Source: Antedon mediterranea (Eukaryota > Animalia > Echinodermata). Taken from it: 64,000 nucleotides of DNA. The stretch lies in NCBI RefSeq assembly GCF_964355755.1, contig NC_092670.1, positions 39,234,388 through 39,298,387 on the forward strand, in the 5' to 3' direction. Every line of letters starts with the position of its first letter. The first letter of the stretch is position 1. Both the position numbers and the translations under genes were made by a program. Below are positions 13,573 to 26,500 of the stretch, one piece after another. Under the pieces are notes generated by a model. That model searched no databases. It had not been told where the DNA came from and worked only from the letters and a program-made list of their open reading frames with translations.

Positions 13573-16500
13573 TATAATGTAGTGCCGATTGTGACCAAAA
13601 CAAAATACATGCGAGTCACAAACAGCAGCAACGCAAATGCGTTTTTCATCAATTTGCAGTGATTCTATACTACAGAAAAACAAAGAAACTTACGGTAACA
13701 CCCGTGTCAAAACGCGTCAACTTTCTTAATAAATATTGATCAATGCGTGCAGATAGGATGGACAGACAGACAGACGACAAGCAGACCTCACAACACATAC
13801 CTCACACAGAGAAATATACCATTGTATTAATATTGATTTTTGAGTACGGTACCTATTCTCCAGGGACTACATATATATCCATAATTCGGATATAAATTGG
13901 ATTACACATGTCGTTGGCAGAATCAATAATTGAGTTCGAGTAAACAGTGCATCTCTCTTTAATAAATCAGAGAATGTACAGTCATCATTGATTTTTTAAA
14001 GAATAATTTAAAGAGTTTAAGTAGCTGCTCTATGTAAGCTATTTACTCAATTAATATCCGTAAACATTTGAATGGAAAATGTTAAGAAAATTGGTCTACA
14101 TTATATCATATTCTGATATGGTAAAATACCTTACCTATGGTAAAAAATAAGTTGAAAAGTAACACACTGTTCCCCTTTTCCTTCTAACGTTCAAGGTTTA
14201 AAATAATATACAAATCATGGTGCCGTTATGTGCGCATAAGACATTTTTATTACACTCGTCTAGCAAGATTTATAGCAAAGATTATAGTTGAATAATGTTA
14301 TAGGTTAACACCTACGTATTAATGTAATGGATCAGTGTACGCATACAACTGACATGTCTTGCAAACAACCTTCTGGGTGTCTAATTTTTGAAAATTAATG
14401 TTAAAGATGGTTTAGATTTTTTCGACGAAATAAAATATTCACAAATACATGGATAATTATTATTAATTATCTATTATACGCAACTGGGAGAAACTTGGAT
14501 TTGCTAGATTTTCCGTGATGAATTTTCAACATCGAGGTATAATAAAGCCTATTTACTTATATATTATTTATAGACAGAAATTAATAAATGTTGAATTATT
14601 ATTATTATTTAAATATTCGCTTCCATAATTGCTTATTATTGTTGGTTACCGCAACCGCTATCGTTAGTGTGTGAGAACGTTCAAAATGTTACATGATACA
14701 AGAAGTCAATTCATTAGTCAAAGTTATAATAAACATAATTAGTTCGTATGTAAATTTCAATCAGGTATTATCAACTGCCGCTTGCATAGGCATTCGATAA
14801 CTTCTAATCTATACATTCAACAGATTTACGATCAATTGCGCGTGTCTATGCGTACTCTAATTGTTTTAATTGAGTAACACGTCGTCATTCTGTCTTAGAT
14901 GCGTTGTCACGAACGAATATAGGTAACACGAATAAAATTAATTGTCAACTGATCGTCGTGTACACAATAAGAATGAATAATTATATGTGGTTTATGTATA
15001 AAATGGAAATAATAAATATGGGACGCACCCACTAAAAAAAACCATTCTAATATTTTGTAAATATCATCGATTGAGTTACATTGTCTTTAAATTAAGAACA
15101 TAAATTGTAGACCTACCTGGTTAAAAATTACATAAGATAGTATTTATGGCCTATTAGAGTATCTTTGTCTCTTTATTTTTCGGATCTTTATGAACATCTT
15201 TCAATTAACTGAAAATTGAGTGCAGATAATTTAGTAAATAATAACGAAAACAAAACAATTTAGTTATATAATTTACAAGATTATACTGATTGATATAAAA
15301 TTATGCCTACTATTAAATAAAGTAGGTTAAATAAACTCTTTGTATTAATATTGTATTATTTGTAGCGGGTGATAACTTGAAGTATCTGTAAAATCAAACC
15401 ATCTCAAATGCCAGTTTCCGAACTCGTAACTACTCGCAGTCACAAGCCTCTCGCTACCACCTGGCCATATCTTGATCTATATATAGGGCCGTGTTAATTG
15501 CAACTTGTGGAGTTACTGGCCTCATGGAGTTTTAAACTTTAGAAGACCTCGCAACTGAATCTAGTAAACTAGAAATGTAATTTTTTTTTTTACAGTTCTA
15601 AAATGAGTAGCACATTGACATGTCATCATGTCACACACTCTTAATTTTGGAAAATAAATCGTCCGCAAGATTAAATTATAGGCCTATATTATATAAACTA
15701 ATAAAAATTGTTCTGGATAAAACATGTCTATCGTTCTCTTAGTATTAAGGCTAATTTACAGAGACGAGCTGTGACGTGATGATGACAACGCTGATAAATA
15801 ACGGCTGTACGCTCTTTCTTAGCGTAATCTTAAAATCCCATTTTACTCGATATTTTAATTGGCACTTTTCCAATTACATGTAATTTCATTCCAGCAACTA
15901 AATCCTCAGTAACGTTAACATCTTCCTCAATCGAAGTCAACTTAGATTTATAAACTATCTACAATCGCAACTCTCAATGTATTATTAAGTAATCTTTTGC
16001 AGAACCAATATTTACCGATTACCTCATGGGAGTTGATAATTACTTTGAGGTTTACGCATGCTGACGTTAAATAAGATAGGGAATTAAACATGCGTGGGTA
16101 TTTCAATTCCTTTGACAATCTTCGTCGTAAAAGAGTTTTTTTTTTCTTCTCAGGACGACTTATACTCTATCAAACATCAAGATATATGTCTGCCCCACCT
16201 GCCGACTCCGGTTCATCAAATTTAGTACGTGAGCATGGCTTTACAATGATTAGCACACATAGGCCTACACATTTTTTCGTAGAATGTATAGAAAAGATGC
16301 AAGAATAGAACATTTGACTAGAAGTTTACCTGTTATGTTACACCTACAGACTATTTTATTTTACAGCATAACCGGTAGCACTAGATTACACAAGAGGTCT
16401 AGGACCGATTGCGACTATACATCTGAGACTGAGTAAATCACATTTTGCACACCCTCAACATTTGAGGATGATATCCAAAATATTTTTTTTGGGGCGGGGT

Positions 16501-17191
16501 TGTTATGAGAAGCTATATTACAACGATTTATCTTGGTGCCTGATCATTGGTGCCACATCGTGTACTACTCGATCTTTATAAATTAACTTAATTCTAAAGT
16601 TGTTTAAAACAATTTAGTTAGATAGGTTAATGGCACTTAACCTAATAGGTGGGTGATTAAACGAATGGTTAGCCACTTTGTGTGGGTTTGTTGGTGGCCT
16701 ACAATCCACATTCCAAATAAACACGTCCCTCTTAATATTTGTTATAAAGTACGGTAGTTTCAAATAAATTATTTTATTATTAAAACTATTACTTTAGTAT
16801 ACGGATTGACTTCACGTATTTGAAAAAATCTGGAATTGTTTGATAATGCCCTACACGATTTAGTTGTTATCAGTACCTTAATTGAAAGATCTAGGAATTT
16901 TGAAATACTGTATATTTAAAATCGAACATATAAGAGAACACAATAATTATTTGACGACTTGCAACAAAATGGTTCATAATAATCCCATCCTGAGTAAGAA
17001 TATATGAGGGTTTTGAATCGGAAATTACTGGTTTCTCATATAAAAAGAGTATAAATAGTAGGCCTAGTGTAGCTATGGAAATGGAAGGATTACTATAACT
17101 CACAAGCCAATCTAAAATAACACTACAGCATATACTATACAGTAAGAAGTATTAGTTGGTTTATAATTGATTTTATATTAATAACTTTAAT

Positions 17192-17552
17192 GAGCGAGTC
17201 ATATGGCCGAGCGGTTAAGACAGGGGCGCCGTTTACCGTACCTAAAGAGCCAACAACAACATCGGCAAGGGTTCGAGGCCGACTCGCTCCTAGTTCTGGT
17301 GGTGGAACAAGTCTTCTCGGATAAGGACTATAAACCGTAGGTCCAGTGTACACAGTTATAACCTGTGTGTACTTTAAAGAACCCAGTTCATTATTCGAAA
17401 AAGAGTAGGGGGTTACCCCGGTGAACTGGTTCACACAATAGCCCATGTATCAGGGGGATTACCACCTATCTGATAGGACAGTGATTAATTCACTATTGGT
17501 AATCCTTGGCCACATTGCCTAAAGACATAAAATAAAAAATAAAATAAAATAA
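17192..17552 (+). mobile_element. tRNA-derived SINE with Deu/Nin-type central domain
   Basis: A box TGGCCGAGCGG and B box GGTTCGAGGCC; core CTCGGATAAGGACTATAAACCGTAGGTCC..TAAAGAACCC..CGAAAAAGAGTAGGGGGTTACCCCGGTG resembling the Deu/Nin domain; (AAAAT)n tail. Confidence 0.8.
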
Positions 17553-17701
17553 AGCTTGGTTCTCACTAGGACGCAACGCAAGGACGTAAACGCAACGTAA
17601 GTGTGTCGACCAATGACAAGCGACAGTTCAAATAAGCTATCGCTTGTGATTGGTCAACTCACTTGACTCTACGTCCTTGCGTTGCGTTGGGAACCAACCT
17701 T
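17553..17701. mobile_element. Harbinger-like MITE, family B, inserted in the SINE tail
   Basis: AGCTTGGTTCTCACTAGGACGCAACGC ... GCGTTGCGTTGGGAACCAACCT. Confidence 0.75.
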
Positions 17702-18477
17702 TAGGGACAAATTATTTGTGAAAATAATAATATAATATATTCTACCCTTTTAAATTTGCATAATTACATTCTGACCCTAATCTTGCAGAAACAATCAATA
17801 GTCTCTGTGTTATCATTTCCTAGCTACCCAGGTGTTTGCTATTTTTAACTTTGAATTTCAAAGACCTGTCACACGATTTGATTATTTATAATACAATTAT
17901 ACATTTTGTCTTACATTTTCAAAAGCATACATGTGTACAGTTAATCTATCTAATGCTATGATTGACCTTTGACCGTTGCGGACGATTTTACCGTCTATCT
18001 ATATACAGCAAGAACACACTACGCCATACGCTCTCAGTCTTTTGCTAAAATAATTGACGAAATAAAAATAGGACTTTAATAAAATAGAAGTCACATAGGG
18101 TACTGACGTCATGGTTAGGGTAATTGGGATTATTATAATAACGTTATAGGTAAATAAAGTGAATTAACGACCAGGTGAGGACACATGTTATCTTATACAG
18201 CAAGAGTTTTTAAAATACAATTACAAAAACAATGACCTGAAAACTATATTTCTAGCGTGAATGACGTCAGAGATTAATTTACAAGAGGAGTTTATTGTAG
18301 AGAATATAGTTTTGACATTTTCGCCCTCTATCTAATTAACGATTGAAAATAGGCATACTCTGATTGCACAGGTCTATCTACTGTATCTATAATTTGTATA
18401 GGTTGTTGCGTGTATACACAGGGAATGTATACCATAACTTGGCGCACGCGGCATTGTTTTTTATAAAAACCGCCCTA

Positions 18478-18639
18478 AACCCGGTTCCCACTAGGGACGC
18501 AAATGCAAGGAAGTGTACGCGCAACGCAAGCGAGTTGACCAATGAAAAGCCACTGTTTCAATACTCCATCGCTTGTGAGTGGTCAAATCATTTACGTTGC
18601 GTTACGTTACGTTCTTGCGTCGTTAGTGGGAACCAAGCT
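18478..18639. mobile_element. Harbinger-like MITE, family B
   Basis: CCGGTTCCCACTAGGGACGC ... GCGTCGTTAGTGGGAACCAAGCT|TAA. Confidence 0.75.
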
Positions 18640-20128
18640 TAAGCGTACGATAACTGCATAAAGTTCTTAAAAATCTGTTTTTAAACATTAAGGACTAGAA
18701 GTAGGTTACGAAAAGTCATGCCTTGTTGACAACAATCGGCGTGGGCGGTTTGTTTATTGCGTTTTTTTCAAAATACAGTACTCAGTAATCAGTAATCGTT
18801 ATCTTTAGACTGAAATGTATTTGTTTTTTTGTAAAATAAAAAAATTGTCATTTAATTTTTAATTTAGTGACGAAAAAAGAGTAGGCCTACTGTACTAACA
18901 AAATACACATTTTGGCCCGACGACAAAAATATCGTTTAATGCCGCGTTATTACGCAAGAAAAAGAAAAAAAGTGTGATTAATGAAACCAGGCCAAAAAAA
19001 TCACTCGATACGTACATGCGAGTAAAGCTCCACTTTCAAAGTGCGACAACGACGAATTTGCTGTAGCGTGAATAAATGATGATCATTATACAATAAATAA
19101 AATGTGTAAATTACGAAGAAAATTTGATAATTTTGCCTCCTACGCAATATCCTTTTCTCATCTGTCGAGTCGGTGGATGGGAGTGACAGGCGACGTAAAT
19201 GAATTCGGTTAAGTTCTATATACTACGTGCTGTATACTGTAGTAATATAGCGGTTGTGCCTACTTATTTAATATTTATTCATTTGAAACGGTTGCCGCAA
19301 CGAGAATAGGTAAACAAAAAACTGTAAAACAAGTACGGCGGAAAACTTTAAGAAAATAAATAGTACATAAAAAGTGGGTCTAAATCAGATATTTTCATAT
19401 GAAAATTACATAAACAAAAAATAAAAAAGGAAAAAAAATAGTAGTTAATAATTCGTGACATTGGTACATTTGGTTATAGAGGGCAGCATATATCCGGTTT
19501 TACTTTTGGGTTTTTTTTTGGTTAAGTCAATAGAGGGCAGGCAATCGTCCATCGTCGTCACGTGCACAAATCGTGAATTTATCACACGTGTGCACACAGT
19601 GGAAAATCCCTGTACTGCGTGACTCGTCGAGTAGAGCTAGTATTTACAGTATTAATTAGTATTATTAATATTATTAATTAAGGGCTATACATTTAAGATT
19701 TCTACTGTAATCTGGGCTGCTACTACTGTACTACTAAGCCAAGCTGTGTAGTGTAGGCAGCCTACTACCTAGCTAGCTAGACATAGAGTTATACCTATTG
19801 CTAATAATAAGTAAAGGAACTGGCCTACAGTAAAGTAATACCAGCGGGAAGTTTGACAAACCTAACAACTCCCTGCTATAGTACCAACTAATAGAATACT
19901 ATAATAGTAGATATTATAGGGCTACTTATAACTACAGTATACCTTTATCGTTTACAACTGAACTACTGCTGAGAATCTAACACCATCGGCATCACACCAG
20001 CAATATAATATTATGTTTTTTGCTCTCTGTGTGCCTCAGAATGTCACTAGAAGAAATTTGGACATGCACAAGGATCACAAGAAGTCCTAGTAGTTGCACT
20101 TTCTAAGTCTTGTTGATAGATTACAATT

Positions 20129-23100
20129 ATGGAGAGTGAAGAGTTTGACCGTTGGAAAACAACAATGTTACAATCATTTTCAGGACTGTCCGACAGACAA
20201 AAATGCACTGCCCTTGAGTTGTTAATTGATATCTGCGGACCTGCCCAACTTACCTACTTATCTGAGCTACAAACTCTGATGCAAAGAGATTTCCTTAAAT
20301 TGTTACCCCTAGAAATCTCCTATCATGTCATTAAATGGCTTGATATAGATTCTTTAAAAACATGTTGTCTTGTAAGCAAAAAATGGAATGATGTAGTGAA
20401 TGGATGTGCAAAGATTTGGTTGGCTGCCTGTCATAACCTCGGCTTCAACAAGAAATATGCCGCCACTGACAAAAATGCACACTATTGGAAGACCATGTGT
20501 CGGAGTCTCACAGAAAAAATGAAAGCTTTAACAAATAGGTGTTCTTTTAAATGGAATTTGTTGGAAGGGCACACTGGAATAATTACAGCAATCTATTATG
20601 CCAATGGCATTCTAGTGTCTGGTAAATAAAGACTTTAATTTTCTTAACTGTACTTGAACGTGCATCATGCTATGTTGCATTTTCAAATTGTTTATTCCAT
20701 ACATGTGGAATGTGTAATACACATTGTGTTTTTCAAAATGGAAGCCACAGCAGATTGAATCTGCATTCATTTTTGCTGTAAAATTAGTACTGCAGTAATG
20801 TTTTTAATCCATTTGCTTATTTTTTATGGACAAACCTAACTACAGGCCTCTGTACTCTTATAAAATCTCTAAACATATTTTAGATTTAAGTAGACTATTT
20901 TGGATTACTGTGACATTTTATGCTTAGGTAGCTATGACTTGACAGTGCGTATTTGGAACGTCAATAATAATGAATGCAAGAAAGTTATTCAGACACACAG
21001 TTGTGCAGACATCAAATTTGTTGGAAATCAACTTGTAACAGCCTCTTATAATTGTACTGTTGGATTATGGGATATGGAGACTGGCAGTAATGTTAGAATG
21101 TACGTTGGTCACACATCAGCAGGTAATAAATCGGTCATGCATGCTTAATTCGATTCCTTACCATTGAGATTATATTATGGGATATGCAAATCAGTTATGA
21201 AAGGTGAAAACTGTACTACTTAATATTGAATTGAAGCTTACTGTTACTGTACTACAGTATCGTTAAAAACCTAAAATGATGATGATTGTAAAAAGGCAAG
21301 AAATGAAAATGTTGACACTAATGTATTGTTACTTACAGTTTTCTGTGTAGATCTTGATGTCACAGCACAAATAATTGTCAGTGGCTCGGGTGACTGTACA
21401 ATCAAAGTTTGGAGTTTGAATTCAAACCAATGTCTTAAAACGTTTGTCTGTGAAGACTGGGTAAAAAATGTAAGTTTTGTTTTAATTATTGTAGTGTATT
21501 CCCAAAACAAATAAAAGTTTAGTATCAAGATACAAGACAATGTGTTATTCCTTTTGAATGTTCATTTAACGATATATTGTCCCCTGCAATTCTGATGGTC
21601 TTTACTGTAAAATTGAAGTTATTGTTATTAATTAATTTAGGTAATAGTTGAAAGGTGTAAGACCAATTCACTTTATCATCGGCAAGGGGAAGTGGTGATT
21701 TTGGGTGCAGAATGGACTACAAACGTTATCAAGGCAAGTTTATGTTTAACTGGTTACGTTTCAACATTTTCTTCAGCCACATAGAACAACATAGCCATGA
21801 TAATTGTTTCACATCCTACATTTTCATATTATACACTAGGCATTACAGTATATTACTTATATAAAGAACTTTTGATTAATTTTCTACATTAATTTAATAA
21901 AATGTAATAAAATTACTAGAACGTGTACTGTATGAAAAATGTAAAAATAATGGTCACGCATGGTTTTTTTTTAAACTTTATTTTGCATACTATTATTTAC
22001 CTATACAATAATGTACTTCATTTAAAATTTTATTTTACAATGGTTGCACAAAACCATCTTTATATATCATTTTGTGCTTAACCCTTTGAAGACGTGGCCA
22101 TACGGGGTAATTTACTGTTCCAGGACGCGAGGCCCGTATACGTACAGGTTGACTCTTTGGTCACTGAATTGCAAAAAAATTATTTATTTATTGGAAGGCC
22201 AAAACATTTCACATAATAAAATCAACAATTGCAGAAAGTTACAGTCATAAAAATGTATTTATTTTTCCTAAACCTATTAAAAAATACCTTATTTAGCCTC
22301 AGTCACTTGGGTTAGAAACCTCTTCAAAGGGTTAAGCAACTTTTTAAACAAATTGAACCAGACAAATTTGATAAAGCACACAAAACAAAAATGCTTTTTT
22401 TTATAGATCTGGTCATTATCGAGTGATTATGCACCTCAGCCTGTATCTTTAAAATCGCATACTGGTAGGGATATTACAATGAATAAACCATACCTCAAGA
22501 TTGATGGCAACATAGTAATATGTGCATGGGATAAGTGTGTCAATTTCTGGAACTTTGAAACATTGCAAATGATTAACTCGTAAGTATTATATGACTAGCT
22601 ACATTACCTCTATGCTTTGTCCCACTACAGTTAGGACAAAACGTAACCTGCAAATTACTTGGTCAATGTCTAGCTAGTGCTTTACACTATCCTTAAATTT
22701 GATGTACAGTATATATTTATTTTTCAATTTAAATTAAATTTTTTTAATGATACCAAACAAAAGAATTGCACATTTTGACTGAAAACTTGAATCTGCTGCA
22801 TCAAGTTATTTACGGCTGTTTTAACTTTAAAGCTCTGCACTATCACTATCAAATTTTATGCGAGAAAAAAATGTACCATATTTAGGCACATTTGTAAACT
22901 AGTTTGATAGTGTAGACATAGCTTAAGAAAAATTAAAAGTTCATTGTTTCAAATACAGTAATGATGCTTAAAATGTGTAATGTTCTTCCAATGACAGATG
23001 TGAACTACCTTGCCTTCTTGGCTATGGCTCAATGTTTGGCCTTGGAGCTTTTTACAGAGGATTCACTGTACTGTGCCGATTCAACAACCACATAATATCA

Positions 23101-23253
23101 AAACACATAAATGAACTCCACTTAGGGGTACCCAAAATACTGACTATTGGAGCCGATAAATGGCTCGATGGATGGGATCACAAACCTGAAAGCGGTCTAG
23201 TTTTTGCTGCTGTTGTAAATGTAAACCATTCTATTTTATTGGTTAAATGGTAA
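20129..23253 (+). CDS. FBXW2: F-box/WD repeat-containing protein 2; exons 20129-20621, 20928-21122, 21339-21469, 21641-21733, 22407-22579, 22998-23253
   Basis: N-terminus MESEEFDRW..LSDRQK..RDFLKLLPLEISYHVIKWLD..CCLVSKKWN matches FBXW2; WD40 repeats follow; exon 4 VIVERCKTNSLYHRQGEVVILGAE resembles FBXW2 [24 protein letters not shown]. Splice phases are consistent throughout. Confidence 0.93.
22082..22331. mobile_element. piggyBac-like MITE in FBXW2 intron 4
   Basis: TTAA|CCCTTTGAAGA ... TCTTCAAAGGG|TTAA. Confidence 0.8.
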
Positions 23254-23566
23254 AAATAACAAGCACTACTATTATAATTAGTACCAGTACCAGTTGCCCT
23301 TGATCAAAGTAAATACACTGTTCTAAAATCGATCAACGAACTTTCATACTCCAAACTGGCAAGGTTAATGCTGTATACAAAAATAAATTATTATGCCAAT
23401 TCTAATTCAGGAATATAAGACTGGATGTTAGAATGGCAAGTACTGTGCAGTATCCGATTCACAAAACGCTTTATGCAAATTTTCCAGGCGTAAAGATAAC
23501 TCACATTTTAAACTTCTTTATTGTCACATGATCTGTGCGTAACTTGGCATTGTTCCAACATTATAC

Positions 23567-26500
23567 CTATTGGGATGTTACATCGTCATTCTTAACTGCG
23601 TTTGCTTTCCATGACAGATAGGTATTCCAAATAACAGCAACAGAGTTTGTTGTTATCGCTCTTTAAGCAAAACAAACAGAATAAATTAAACAGATTTGGC
23701 ACACTTTCTGTTTTTTTAATTAATGTGCATGCTTAAACATATTGTTACCATTATTAGAAGTGCACCCTATTTGTAATTTTTTGTTTATCTCTTTTATTCA
23801 TCTCATTAAAAAAAAAATAATACACATAACAAAAAAAAGAGTAAAACAAATTTAAAGAAGATGAAATGAAAGGGGCCTTTAGGAAACCCCAAAGTGATAA
23901 GAGACCCACAAACAGCTATCAAACTCATCTCCTACAATACTAACCTGTGCTGTAGAGGAATGAAGTAGAAGTTACATATTTGTACAAATGGCCAAACCTG
24001 GAAAAAAGGAGAATGTTAAGAATTACTTTTTAAGAATAATTAACTAAATTAAAAAAATAGGAAATCAAACCATCTGTTAAACTGTATATTTAAACTGTAT
24101 ACATCTTTATTGTGTACCATCTGTTAAACTGTATAGTGTATATTAAATTGAACTTACTTTCCAATTCATTATCATTGTAGATTTGAAATCCTGTAAATTA
24201 AATAAACATAATATTATGATCATGACATGTATAAACAGGGTATGTGTATTTGTGTATTCTTTGTTATGAGCCTATAAAATACAGTAAAATATTGATAAAT
24301 ATAAATATCACCACATCAATCAGCTGAAGGGAGAGAGGGAGGAAGAGGCTTAATGAAGTAAACCTTTTGCAGTTTTTCTTTAACTTGTGTTGTGTCCATC
24401 CCACTTGTGTATCCAATTACAGCAAAGTACATACAAATATAGGAGGGAGCAAACAAAGTCTGTAGAAAATATGTTAAATGTTAGTTAAGTGATAAGAAAT
24501 TTGCAGAATTATATTGTATATACTGTACTGTACAAGTTTTTAACAATAACTTTAATTATGATACTCTACTGCAATTATGAATAACCACACATATAATTAA
24601 TAGGAAGCACAAGCAAATGACTTCAAGATTTATAATAAACTGTAGAAACATGATTTAAATGTGCATCATGGTTTAAAAACATTTCTGGCAAAAAGTTATG
24701 ATTTTTGGTTGGTAAAAAACAAGGAGAAAGGGACTAAAAAGTTTTGTGCAGGAGATAAAAACAAATCCAAAGATAACCCAGATTGGCCCTGATACGGCAA
24801 ATGTCATTTTCTTTCAATTTCTCAAAACTTCTGTTGTATTCTTACCTGGTCTATTATCATCTTTTTGATTGGTTGAACCATGACATGACCACCTACGAAT
24901 TTCTCTAGTGTTTTATAATACTTGTATATTAGTGGACCCTGAAATGAAAATTAGTTCTTTTTTTTAAGGCCTATTGTTGTATGGAATTACAGCTCATATG
25001 CCTGCACAAATGCACAATATAATTTTTCTAATATTAATGCTTACCTTAAAGATACCTTCCCTACATTTTTTAGATCTATTTTAAGATCACAAACTATATT
25101 TAATGTAAAAATAATACTATATGGTCCTATTGCGATAACTTTTTTCGTCTTTAAATGGTTAAAAATGTGAAAAATAAGTTGATTCTAATAATTATAGCGG
25201 CCCGCTATAAATCCCAAAATGCATTGCGCGCGGATTGATATTTCTGTTTTTCTTCTGTAATTCACCCACTTTTCGATCGATCGTGAGGTCAAAACAAATT
25301 AAAGACTCAATTTGTATTAACGGAGTCTGGCAAAAATAGAAAGACAATTAATGCAGCAACTATACAACGTCAGGCTAGGTATATAGCTAGCGTACGATGT
25401 TCGTACGTTACCGATGTTTACCAACTAGGCCTACAAAACTAAGCCTAGCTAGGCTAGGCCTAAAGACCGTCCACGAGAGGTCAGTCGCCGCGAGCTACTT
25501 AGGTAGTGCATTGTTTCTCACTTTTTATCATAATTTACCATAAAACGTACATTTAAGACAAGGAATGACCTGGTTTAATGTTTTTAAAGTAATATATATG
25601 TATTATTTTTACAAAACGTCACAAATTGTAGGGAAGGTGTCTTTCAATGAAATAAGGAGGCAAAGATTATTACTTTGCTGCCTCCTCTCATTAATAGTTG
25701 TTATGTGTGAGTCGTGTTTGTTTTTAAAGTGTTGGGCTTAAAACAATGTGATAAGGTCTATCTGTAATATTATGCATTGTCATAGTTGCTTACTGTGATA
25801 ATGAATCCTACTGCTGTTTGCCGCAGTGTACGGATGAAATCATGAGACTTCAGTCCTTTCTTTTCAATTAATTGCTGAGAAATAATGTCTGATATCAAGA
25901 AGAGACCACCTGTATTTAAATAGAACACAACTAGCATTTAATAAATAGGGCATTGTTAGTTATCATAGAAGTACTAGGCATAGTATAGTACAGTATATGG
26001 CAGAAGAAACCTAACCAGAATGTCATTCAAGTTATGTTTATTATTATTACATTATTTAAAATACAACAAATACAATTTAGACACAAGACATTAGACACAA
26101 GACATTATTAAAATATTTATATTTAGTTGCAGATCCAGGCTAATGACTGGAAATGCGCTAAATTCAATTCAATTCAATTAAAACTTTATTATCCCCATGG
26201 GGAAACTCTGTTGGCCTTTTCAAAAGTACAATACATACAAATATAAAATGGATACAGTACATAAAATATAAAATACGATAAAAAAAAAAGCCATACAAAA
26301 TATACATATAAAATCCTAAAAAGTCGATTTAAAATACTACAAAAAATAAAACTAGCGCATAAAATACGATTTTACGATTATATAATGAATGATATTATCA
26401 TTCATTATATAATCGTATAGCGGCAGGGACGAATGAATTTCCATATCTATTTGTTTTAATTTTTCTTTGAAGGAGTCTGTCACAACGTTGACTTTTGTTA

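Noticed and set aside
17135-17446. 103-aa minus-strand ORF
   Set aside because: It is the antisense reading of the SINE.
10500-19400. Search for a bursicon beta gene or other hidden exons
   Set aside because: I found no Cys-pattern exon on either strand by eye. Isolated splice-like sites (11170, 11991) could not be joined, though a tBLASTn is needed to exclude a fragmented gene.
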